A DNA stretch of 64,000 nucleotides, from the NCBI GenBank assembly GCA_964448725.1, contig CAYVAJ010000001.1, positions 71,525 through 135,524 on the forward strand, read 5' to 3'. Below the pieces are notes generated by a model. That model was not told where the DNA came from, searched no databases, and saw only the letters and a list, made by a program, of their open reading frames with translations. Made by a program: the position numbers and the translations under genes. The first letter of the stretch is position 1. The number at the start of each line of letters is the position of its first letter. This document shows positions 30,660 to 38,984 of this stretch, piece after piece. The DNA comes from an uncultured Gammaproteobacteria bacterium. Its GTDB lineage: Bacteria > Patescibacteriota > Microgenomatia > Levybacterales > GWA1-39-11.

Positions 30660-30734
30660 TATTTCATCATAGCAAAATAAAAGACATTCGCACAATTATT
30701 ATAAAAATGAGAAAAATGTTTTTTTGTCTCACAA

Positions 30735-31271
30735 TTAACACCCAAGGGGTAATGGGCTAAACTCTGTATTTGTCTCGCGCAGTGATCGTGAAACAGAATA
30801 ATTTAAGTAGAACGTCAATGGTAAATAGCAAATATCAGTGCGCGAGAATCCTTCTTGCAATAAGAAAGTCTCAACGTCCTTCTTTGCTTGCTCAATATCG
30901 GTAGTCAGAATTTCTGACATAAATGTATCAGGAGATTCAATATATTCAAGTCGATACGTAGAGGTCTCACTCACAATACCACTGATATTATTCAGGCGGG
31001 CAAGGAGATTCTGCCGGACTATTTTACCCTGATCTGAGAGTTCAGGGCGTTGTTGTATTATGTCTATAAGTTTTCTTTTTGCATCATCATTGTATGGGAC
31101 GTTTTCTCTGAGTATCTTTCCTTGGGAGACAGGATAGGGTGTGGGAGTAATAGAAATTTCTTCGTTTTGGGAGCGTCTTTGGTCAGTATTATAAAGCAAT
31201 ATAAGCGTCAAGCTTATTACTGCTACAACGAGCCCTATTGTAATTGTAATAATAAAAAGTTTTTTATTCAT
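30735..31271 (-). CDS. hypothetical bitopic membrane protein (candidate VirB8-like scaffold)
   Basis: MNKKLFIITITIGLVVAVISLTLILL TM, then a ~150-aa extracytoplasmic domain. Start placed at the internal ATG at 31271 to avoid overlap. Confidence 0.35.
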   Translation of the reverse strand: MNKKLFIITITIGLVVAVISLTLILLYNTDQRRSQNEEISITPTPYPVSQGKILRENVPYNDDAKRKLIDIIQQRPELSDQGKIVRQNLLARLNNISGIVSETSTYRLEYIESPDTFMSEILTTDIEQAKKDVETFLLQEGFSRTDICYLPLTFYLNYSVSRSLRETNTEFSPLPLGC

Positions 31272-31281
31272 ATTATGCAAT

Positions 31282-33213
31282 TTATTCCGGTATTGTTCCC
31301 CACAGATGATCCGCACACGCCCAGTACTCAAAGGGCCCAGCGTTTCCTGGTTCAAATAATAGTTTATTATAATTTATTGCATTAGATGTCTGCTTTCTCC
31401 AGTCTACATCTCCATGGTCAAACTCGTTTGCTCTCCCTCTTCCCATTTGATATAGCCCCCATGCTCCTGCGGGGTCAGGGGTTCCGATACTCTCCTGAGA
31501 TGCATAGGCATTTGGATTAAAACCTGATTCACACGGAATAATATTATTAAACCATTCATCGGCATATTGTGGGTCAAGCTCTTTGAGTAGTGTATAGAGT
31601 TTGCTTTTGTCGCTTGGACGTCGGGCAGCAAGCAATGTACATGCAGGATCACCGAAATTCGCTCCAGTATCATCATCATAATAAGGATTATTGAGTGCGT
31701 AGTCTCCCGTATAGTAACCGTCGCAGGTTTCGGCATTGGCAGGTGTTTCTTCTCCTGAGCTAATAGGGGAAGCGCTTCCTCCAACCTCTTCTGCAGTTGC
31801 TTGATTATCTACATAAATATCATTTTGTGTTGGCTTTACGGTTAACAAAAATGTTTGATTAACAGTCTGAGGAGAAGAAGTACTTGAACTACCAGTATAT
31901 ACTTGTGCAAGTGCACTCATTCGATTAGAGAATCTTTGCATGTTTTCTCTATACCAGCTCCCCCAACCTTGCATTGTTGCACTCCAATTATCACGTGCTG
32001 CAATATCACCTGCGATCTCAAGAGAATTAGCTATAGCATTGATAGCTGGGTCCATAAGGAGAATAGCAATTAACTGTCGTGCTTGTGCTTGCTGTGGTGA
32101 TCCGTCTGGTGTTCCTGGAGATCCAGCTTCTTGCACGATTTGCTCTATTGATTTTGCAGGAAATGTGACTGGATTTGTTATCCCGCCTTCATCAATTACT
32201 TTCTGTCCAACTCTTTGGACTGTTGCTGCGTCACCTGATCCATATACAGCAATAAAGTCATCAACCAAATGATCACTTACCTGGGCAACTTGGACTCCCC
32301 CTACTTGCCAACCACCAGAATAGAATCCTCCTGCACAGCCCATGTTAATATTTATGTCTTTCATGTCTCTACAGTTCCAGGCGTAGGGATTTGCGGCTGA
32401 ACCTTCGATTGCGACTGTCCATATAACAGAAAGGAAGGGGTCTGCGTATTTAGGATCGTTATTGTGGACTTTTGATAAAATATAATTTTGATATTGATTG
32501 ACTAGACTCCCGAGTCTATTTGCCCGCTCAATCGTCTCAGGCGCGAAAGCAATATCTGATTCGCCATTGGGTACTGGGAGATTATAAGGTGCTTGGGTAT
32601 ATTTTGTAACATCTATCTGCGTTGTCTGCGCAGGAGGAACAGTTGGTCCGACAATGGTTAGATTATCATTAAGTGACCATTTGACACGTGTTACTTTCCC
32701 TGATGAATCTTTTTCTGCAGTGTAATTTCCTGATGCACTCACAAACTCTGTGTTAGCAGGGATAGGATCATATACCATGACATTTCCGGTTCCGGAATAG
32801 GAAACATTGATGGTATAGGTGATATTTTCTCCGTTACCAATTGCTTCAGGACCAGACTTCTGGAGTGTTACATTTGAAGGCGTTCCATCGCCTGAAACAG
32901 GAGAAGGAGTTGGTTGAGTAGTAAAATAGCTGTCATAATCTGCATCGTCTCCAAGAAGGATAAATATAAGTAGCAGTATGATAATAACAATAATAAGAAT
33001 AACCCAAAACCAAGGATTTGCAGCCATTGCTCCAGTACGTACGACTGTCATGGCAGTTCTAAGTCTTCTAATGTTTCTTGAGGCGTTTTTTATTGATTGA
33101 GCTCGTGCACGTAATCGTCTTGCATTAGAAACTGCATTATTTGCACGATCTATAATACCTTTTCTCTCATCACTTTGTTGTGGCCTTTGTAGAGGGTTTT
33201 CTCCGTTATCCAT
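31282..33213 (-). CDS. VirB1-like lytic transglycosylase (SLT domain) with TM anchor and Ig-like/DUF11-like region
   Basis: C-terminal IIPCESGFNPNAYAS...GAWGLYQM (SLT catalytic Glu and the GLMQ-type motif); N-terminal TM WFWVILIIVIIILLLIFILL; start overlaps the VirB4 stop by 8 nt. Confidence 0.65.
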   Translation of the reverse strand: MDNGENPLQRPQQSDERKGIIDRANNAVSNARRLRARAQSIKNASRNIRRLRTAMTVVRTGAMAANPWFWVILIIVIIILLLIFILLGDDADYDSYFTTQPTPSPVSGDGTPSNVTLQKSGPEAIGNGENITYTINVSYSGTGNVMVYDPIPANTEFVSASGNYTAEKDSSGKVTRVKWSLNDNLTIVGPTVPPAQTTQIDVTKYTQAPYNLPVPNGESDIAFAPETIERANRLGSLVNQYQNYILSKVHNNDPKYADPFLSVIWTVAIEGSAANPYAWNCRDMKDININMGCAGGFYSGGWQVGGVQVAQVSDHLVDDFIAVYGSGDAATVQRVGQKVIDEGGITNPVTFPAKSIEQIVQEAGSPGTPDGSPQQAQARQLIAILLMDPAINAIANSLEIAGDIAARDNWSATMQGWGSWYRENMQRFSNRMSALAQVYTGSSSTSSPQTVNQTFLLTVKPTQNDIYVDNQATAEEVGGSASPISSGEETPANAETCDGYYTGDYALNNPYYDDDTGANFGDPACTLLAARRPSDKSKLYTLLKELDPQYADEWFNNIIPCESGFNPNAYASQESIGTPDPAGAWGLYQMGRGRANEFDHGDVDWRKQTSNAINYNKLLFEPGNAGPFEYWACADHLWGTIPE

Positions 33214-35629
33214 GGTTTAGTGGACTGGTATTTGGTTCTGTACCAGATGCTGACGGAGCAGGAGGTGTTCCAGAGGGCTGTGGAGGGGTGGCTTGCTGGA
33301 CAGTAGCATCTTGAGCAGAAGGTGCGGTATTTTGTGGAACAGATTGTGCAGGGCTACTTTGTGGAGCACCAAATGAGAGTGGAGCCGCAACTGGTTCTGT
33401 TTGCGGTATAGCTGCTGTGTTTTCTAAAGGAGGTGGTGGTGTTTGTTGAGTATTTTCAGGCATAGGAGCAGGAGCGGGAGTGTTTTGTTGGACAGGCTGA
33501 GTTTGAGGAGCGACATTTGGAGTCTCTGATTCCGCAAGAGCTTCTGTAATAGTATCAGGAAGCTTTTCTTCCATTCCTTCATCAGAGGGAGCAGGGCTTG
33601 GTGGTGTTTCTTGTTCTTGTTGATTTAATAAATCTTGTGGTTTTGAAGTAATTAAATCATATTCAAATTGTGACGCAATAAATTGAGCTGAAATATGATT
33701 TTGGCCAGCAAAGAGTAGTCCTTCTCCAACTTGCGCGGTAAGTAGAAATTGTTTTTCTCCCTCAGAAAGGAAAAATGTTTTTGCTAAGGCCTCAACTTCT
33801 GCAGTTCCTTGTTTGAGTAATATTTGAATAGATGAGTTAGACACGATTGCTTTACCGTATTCATTGTTAATAAAATCACCAATATCCTGAGTCAGGGTTG
33901 TCATTCCTAAGTAGTATTTGCGGGCACGTTTTGCGATTCCTTGCAAGAAGCTAGCAGAATCTGGGTATTTCATCATATACCATGCTTCATCGACGATAAG
34001 CAAGCGTTTTTTCAGCTTATTACGAACACGGCTCCAGATAAAGTCTAAAATAACATGCATAGCAATAGGGCGAAGCGAGTCTTCTAACTGCTTGATAGAA
34101 AAGACCGTTAACTGACTGCGAATATCATAGTTTGTCTGGGCATTAAGCAGTCCTGCAAATCCTCCTTTAACAAATTTTTCAAGTCGGAATGCAAGTTCTT
34201 TTGCTTCTGCTTCCTCCATGTTAAGGAGTGTTTTATAGAGGTCTTCTAAAATCGGCGGTTCTTTATCATAGGTTGATGGGTCAGGAGTAATTCCTTTCTG
34301 TTTGTAGACGAGTACGAGAGAGCGATCCAGAATTGCTTCCTGAGTTGGAGTCATATCCCCAAGCATTGTTTTGAGTAATCCATGTAAGGAGAGAATTTTA
34401 ATTCCTAACTGAGCTTCAGTTCTGTCTTCAGACAAAAGTGCAAAAGGATTTATTTTTACTGCTGAAGTTTTTGAAAAATCTATGTACTCACCCTCAAGTG
34501 AATCGCAGAGTGTTCGGTACTCGTCTTCAGGGTCAATAATCAAAATCTCTGCATCAAACATCATCTGTCTCAATACTTCAAGCTTAACCAAGAAAGATTT
34601 ACCAGAACCTGATTTACCAAAAACGACTTCATTGGCATTTTCAAATGAAAATCGGTCTACAATGACCAGAGAGTTATTGAGGGTATTTACTCCATAAAGA
34701 ATCCCATCTGGTTGAGAAATTTCATATGAAGTAAAAGGAAATGTTGACGCCACAGAGGTTGTATCCATATTACGGGTAACAAAAAGCTTGTCTGAACCAT
34801 ATGGCATAGTAGTTTTAAAACCTTCTTCCATTTGCAGTGTCGCAGCTTTGAGCAACAACATGTTTGAAGCCAACAGAGTCTGAAGTTGTTTTGATTTTTC
34901 ATTGAGTTCAGGAATGGTGTCAGCGCTAATTGTGACATAGAGACCAAATTGGAAGAAACGTTCTAGTCCTCGTGCAAGTTCTTCTCGCAAAGCAATAGCA
35001 TCTTCTAAGGAAGCCTGAACTTTTGGATCAGGTTCAAGCCCAGCTTTATGATCTGCATCAATTGTTGCTTCCATTTCAGCAATTTTTCGTCTGAGGTTTG
35101 CAAGCACATCTTTACTTTCAATAGGATAGATAAACATCGAAATATTCATCGTCTCTTTATGATCAATTAAAATAGAAAGCCAATTAGGAGATACCTCACG
35201 AGGATAATCAGCCACAAAAAAGGTGCGGAAAAATCGGTCACCAACTCGTACATGCTTAAAATCTATTTCAGCAGAAGCTGGTGCAATGACATCTGCAAGA
35301 GATACAGATCCTTGACGTAGTGCTTCAAGTGTTGCGTGTTGTGCTGCTGCTGATTGTTGGGGTGTAGCACCTTTTGGCATAGCAGCTGCTTGAGGCTGAG
35401 GGTTCTGCTGCATTGTCTGTGGTTGTCCGTTTGCTTGTGGAATAGGTTGAGGAATCTGAGAAGCTGCACCTGCTTGAAGAACAGGCTGTTGCATTTGTGG
35501 AGCAGGAGGATTTCCAGGCATTTGCTGTGTTCCTGGTTGTATAGGCGGCACTCCTGGAGCAGATGCAGGCATGCCCGTCTGGGCAACGGGTTGTGATTGT
35601 GTAGGCTTTTTTTTAAATAAGTCAAACAT
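33206..35629 (-). CDS. VirB4/TrbE/CagE-family T4SS ATPase (ATPase portion) with PQ-rich N- and C-terminal low-complexity extensions
   Basis: Walker A VVFGKSGSGKSFLV, Walker B RLLIVDEAWYMM, and the IAPASAEIDFKHVRVGDRFFRTFFVADYPREV region typical of VirB4; about 100 aa of P/Q-rich sequence at the N-terminus and about 140 aa at the C-terminus. Confidence 0.85.
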   Translation of the reverse strand: MFDLFKKKPTQSQPVAQTGMPASAPGVPPIQPGTQQMPGNPPAPQMQQPVLQAGAASQIPQPIPQANGQPQTMQQNPQPQAAAMPKGATPQQSAAAQHATLEALRQGSVSLADVIAPASAEIDFKHVRVGDRFFRTFFVADYPREVSPNWLSILIDHKETMNISMFIYPIESKDVLANLRRKIAEMEATIDADHKAGLEPDPKVQASLEDAIALREELARGLERFFQFGLYVTISADTIPELNEKSKQLQTLLASNMLLLKAATLQMEEGFKTTMPYGSDKLFVTRNMDTTSVASTFPFTSYEISQPDGILYGVNTLNNSLVIVDRFSFENANEVVFGKSGSGKSFLVKLEVLRQMMFDAEILIIDPEDEYRTLCDSLEGEYIDFSKTSAVKINPFALLSEDRTEAQLGIKILSLHGLLKTMLGDMTPTQEAILDRSLVLVYKQKGITPDPSTYDKEPPILEDLYKTLLNMEEAEAKELAFRLEKFVKGGFAGLLNAQTNYDIRSQLTVFSIKQLEDSLRPIAMHVILDFIWSRVRNKLKKRLLIVDEAWYMMKYPDSASFLQGIAKRARKYYLGMTTLTQDIGDFINNEYGKAIVSNSSIQILLKQGTAEVEALAKTFFLSEGEKQFLLTAQVGEGLLFAGQNHISAQFIASQFEYDLITSKPQDLLNQQEQETPPSPAPSDEGMEEKLPDTITEALAESETPNVAPQTQPVQQNTPAPAPMPENTQQTPPPPLENTAAIPQTEPVAAPLSFGAPQSSPAQSVPQNTAPSAQDATVQQATPPQPSGTPPAPSASGTEPNTSPLNHG

Positions 35630-35723
35630 GGGCAGTAAATTTAAACTTAAAATATAAAATTAAAAAACAAAAATGCTATCAATACTTAGGATCATTTTAA
35701 GCTCTCAGTTTTACATTTTACAT

Positions 35724-36347
35724 TTACAATATAATATTTGTTACATCTTCAGATTGAAAATCGAGTGAAACTGTTTCCTGGTTATAGAGTTCATACAGTA
35801 CCTTTGCTACTTCGCTTGATTCAAGTGGTCGTGCAGTAAGTCCCATACGTTGAATCTGACTAATTACTCCATTTTGCTTACTTATAACTCCATCACGAAT
35901 TCGTTCCTGTAGTGTTTGTTTCTTGTTATTTGGAGCAGTAGGACCAAGTTCTAAAGAAGAAAAAGGAATAACAACATAGATTTTTTTGTTCAGTAAATTT
36001 TCTCCTTTAACCAGTTCCTGAATAAACTGCTTATACATAACTAAATGCTCTGATATACGGGGATCTTGTGCTTTTTCTACTTTAGCTTCAATCATCTCTA
36101 AATAATCAGTCATATCTACTTTTTTAGAAACAATAAAAATTTGTACTGCAGATGAGAGTGAGTTAAGAAATGACATAAATCCATAAATGCGGGCATTTTG
36201 TTCATCTGCTGAGAGAAGGAAGAAGTTAACAGACGATACCTCTAAAATTGAAGAGGCATTATTTCCTTTGAGGAAAAGAATTCCGTCTTTAATATCTTCT
36301 ACTTCTGTAAACTGTTGAGTTGTTGAGTTGATCTTTGCTTTTGCCAT
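35724..36347 (-). CDS. VirB4 N-terminal-domain-like protein (separate ORF; split VirB4)
   Basis: IKDGILFLKGNNASSILEVSSVNFFLLSADEQNARIYGFMSFLNSLSSAVQIFIVSKKVDMTDYL resembles the N-terminus of Gram-positive VirB4 homologs (TraE/PrgJ/TcpF-like). A 94-bp gap and a different frame separate it from the ATPase ORF. Confidence 0.5.
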   Translation of the reverse strand: MAKAKINSTTQQFTEVEDIKDGILFLKGNNASSILEVSSVNFFLLSADEQNARIYGFMSFLNSLSSAVQIFIVSKKVDMTDYLEMIEAKVEKAQDPRISEHLVMYKQFIQELVKGENLLNKKIYVVIPFSSLELGPTAPNNKKQTLQERIRDGVISKQNGVISQIQRMGLTARPLESSEVAKVLYELYNQETVSLDFQSEDVTNIIL

Positions 36348-36404
36348 AGTTCTAATAATATCAGTATACCGTATTCTGGATGCAGTTATTAAGAATTTTT
36401 ACTG

Positions 36405-37724
36405 TCATACCGTAGATACAGGACTTTGTGTTGGTGCTGGCATATTTCCAAACAAGTCTCTTCGTAATTTTTCCCTTTGGTCAATTGAAGTTATCTCAAG
36501 CGGGTTAAATATTTCTCCTTTCATCTCAACTTGTACTGTCTCAAATTCATGATTTTTTCCAGGATCGTCAAAATATATTTTATATGTACCATTAGGAAGC
36601 GGAGTAGCAGAGATAAATTGACCTAAAGCATTTGTTTTAAATGCTCTTACTGGTATCTCATTTGTATCAACTACTTCAACAAGAATGTTTTGAAGCACTT
36701 TTCCACGTGGATCTTTAATTATTCCTAGTACAATATTAGGAATATCAGGAAGAGAGGGGAATCCTGAAGTAAGATTGGATTGTGGGGTGATAGTTTTTAC
36801 AGTATTTGCTTTTGGCGCTTCTTTCTGTGTTGGGGTAACTGGTGTGGCTTGGGAAACTTGCTTTGCTTGCTGTAATACTTTTTGCTGATAAGATGCTGTT
36901 TGCCCTAATGATTCTGCTAATTTTTGCTCTAGATCTCGGACTTTTTGTTCAAGCTCGGCAGTGTATCCTGCTGTTTGTTCGTATGTCCGAATATCTTGAA
37001 TCTCTTTTTTAATCTCTGCAACTTCATCTGCTGCTTTTGGCGCAGGAGAAGCAACTGGTTTTACTACTTCTGTTTGTGCCATTTTTTGGTTAATTTCTTC
37101 TTCTGATACCTGAGGTAATACAGGTTTAACAGGATTGACTACTTCCTGTTCTTTTATAACTGGCTGGACTCTTACTGGCATAACTTTTTTCGTTTCGTTT
37201 GCAAGTGGGGTTGGTGTAACAATAGCTGTTCCAGGATTATCAAAGGAAGCTTTTAAGCTTGCAAAGTACTGCATCTCCTGATTGTCAGGTCTGAAATATG
37301 AGTTGCGCAGTGCACTTGCCAATGCTTGTCTTTTTGCAGTATCTTTTGACTGTTGTGGCGCTTGTTTCGGTTGCTGCGGTTGTTGCACTGTTTTTGGAGG
37401 TTTTAAAAATTCATACTGTGAGAGATCAATTCCTTTTTTGCGATAAATAAACTGATTTTCTCGTGGTACTGACCGGGCAAAATAAATAAGCATTTTATCA
37501 AGTGGTCTACCACCTACTGGTACAAAAGCAAGTGCTACACCAATAAGACCAAAAATTATCATAAGTGGGTACTTGAGCAAGAAGTGGAGAGGAGAGACAA
37601 AGGTAATGGTACAAAAAATTCCCGCTGCAACAACATATGCAAATTGCTTAACAGTCATTGAACCGATAATTTTAAATTTAAACCCAGTAACGTCTTGAGG
37701 AATTGGATGATTCTCCATATACAT
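36405..37724 (-). CDS. PrgI/VirB3-like membrane protein with long C-terminal extension (PQ linker, coiled coil, beta-sandwich domain)
   Basis: N-terminal HPIPQDVTGFKFKIIGSMTVKQFAYVVAAGIF matches the PrgI-family opening motif and is followed by a TM hairpin. The ORF track starts at a TTG; ATG 37724 is chosen. Confidence 0.5.
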   Translation of the reverse strand: MYMENHPIPQDVTGFKFKIIGSMTVKQFAYVVAAGIFCTITFVSPLHFLLKYPLMIIFGLIGVALAFVPVGGRPLDKMLIYFARSVPRENQFIYRKKGIDLSQYEFLKPPKTVQQPQQPKQAPQQSKDTAKRQALASALRNSYFRPDNQEMQYFASLKASFDNPGTAIVTPTPLANETKKVMPVRVQPVIKEQEVVNPVKPVLPQVSEEEINQKMAQTEVVKPVASPAPKAADEVAEIKKEIQDIRTYEQTAGYTAELEQKVRDLEQKLAESLGQTASYQQKVLQQAKQVSQATPVTPTQKEAPKANTVKTITPQSNLTSGFPSLPDIPNIVLGIIKDPRGKVLQNILVEVVDTNEIPVRAFKTNALGQFISATPLPNGTYKIYFDDPGKNHEFETVQVEMKGEIFNPLEITSIDQREKLRRDLFGNMPAPTQSPVSTV

Positions 37725-38039
37725 CAGCGTATAACGTGAAAATTTTAGATTCAAGCATCTCAAACTGTGTCAAAGGACAACAAAAGGTGTGAAAAGGAGA
37801 TAAAAAGCCTTAAAGTGGGCAGAGAAGAGATGGATTGTAGGTATTATGTAATGTCTGTCACTAAAAAATACAATGGAGTATGTTAACATCTGGGTAACTG
37901 AATAGAATTGCTGCCCATCGCGAGAGTTTAATTGTTGTGGCGTGATAGTACAACTGTCCTGGCTCTTTTTTACTGATATATAAGTAATTGCTTATAAAAA
38001 TCAGAATCTTTTTCCTATGCTCATAACATACAAAAAATA

Positions 38040-38933
38040 TTATTTTGTAGCGCTCGAGACAATGCTGAAAGTGCCTGCAATAAGCATCAATAATAATAAC
38101 CCAGCAAGCTGTGTATTGTCAGATTCAATAAGTTTTTTCAAACGGTTAGCTTCTTCAGGGTTATCATTACTAAGTTCAATAATAATTTCTTCCATTCGGT
38201 TTTGACGAAATAAATTTAACATTTCTTGGGCACGGGGATTCTTTTCTGCAAGAGATTCAATCTTTTCTTTATAGATTGTGCTTAAGTTAGTTATAGATTC
38301 TTGCAGGTTTTCTGGTAAATCTTGTACTGCCGTCTCTCCATTTTGGAGAATATCAATATATGTTTGAAATATTACTTGCTCATCGTCAGTAAACTGTGAT
38401 GCAATTACATCTCTTTCTGCTACGAGATAGGCAAATGCAACTTCTTTACGAGGAAGGACTTGAGTGATTAAGTTGCCATCAGGCATTTTAATGGTACAGG
38501 TAAGTGTACTCTCATCTCCGTTAGTGATTCCTTGGATTTCACCATTCTGCCCATTTATGGGAATCTGCATTGGGTTCTCACCAACCATTTTATATTTTTG
38601 GTCACTGTAACCCAACAAAAGTTCAGTCCCTTGTTTCAGTTTTTTCTGCGCTGGATCATCAATTTCCTCAAGCTGCTTTCCGTTAAATTCTTCAGATGCG
38701 GTAATTATCATAAGTGCACCAATTTCTTGAATTTGTTGAGCATATATAGCAGTTCTTGATTGCTCATCCTCTATACTTTCCTCCATAGTATCGGTATCAT
38801 TGGGTATATTTTCTTGAGGTTCTGAGTTATCAGTATTATCGTTTTGCTCTACATTTCCCGACAATGTACCAGCTTCTGAAGAGTCATTCGTATTAATCTC
38901 AGCTTCAGTCGGATGTGGTGACTGTTCTTCCAT
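38040..38933 (-). CDS. hypothetical acidic protein with C-terminal TM anchor
   Basis: About 300 aa, D/E/N-rich N-terminus, C-terminal LAGLLLLMLIAGTFSIVSSATK helix. Start at ATG 38933 (the track uses a TTG). Confidence 0.4.
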   Translation of the reverse strand: MEEQSPHPTEAEINTNDSSEAGTLSGNVEQNDNTDNSEPQENIPNDTDTMEESIEDEQSRTAIYAQQIQEIGALMIITASEEFNGKQLEEIDDPAQKKLKQGTELLLGYSDQKYKMVGENPMQIPINGQNGEIQGITNGDESTLTCTIKMPDGNLITQVLPRKEVAFAYLVAERDVIASQFTDDEQVIFQTYIDILQNGETAVQDLPENLQESITNLSTIYKEKIESLAEKNPRAQEMLNLFRQNRMEEIIIELSNDNPEEANRLKKLIESDNTQLAGLLLLMLIAGTFSIVSSATK

Positions 38934-38984
38934 ATAATAAGCATACTTGAAAACACTTACAGTAATCAACTAAGATTTAAGTAT

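Noticed and set aside
35354-35596. 80-aa plus-strand ORF inside the VirB4 PQ-rich region
   Set aside because: Shadow ORF of the low-complexity CAG/CCA-rich coding strand.
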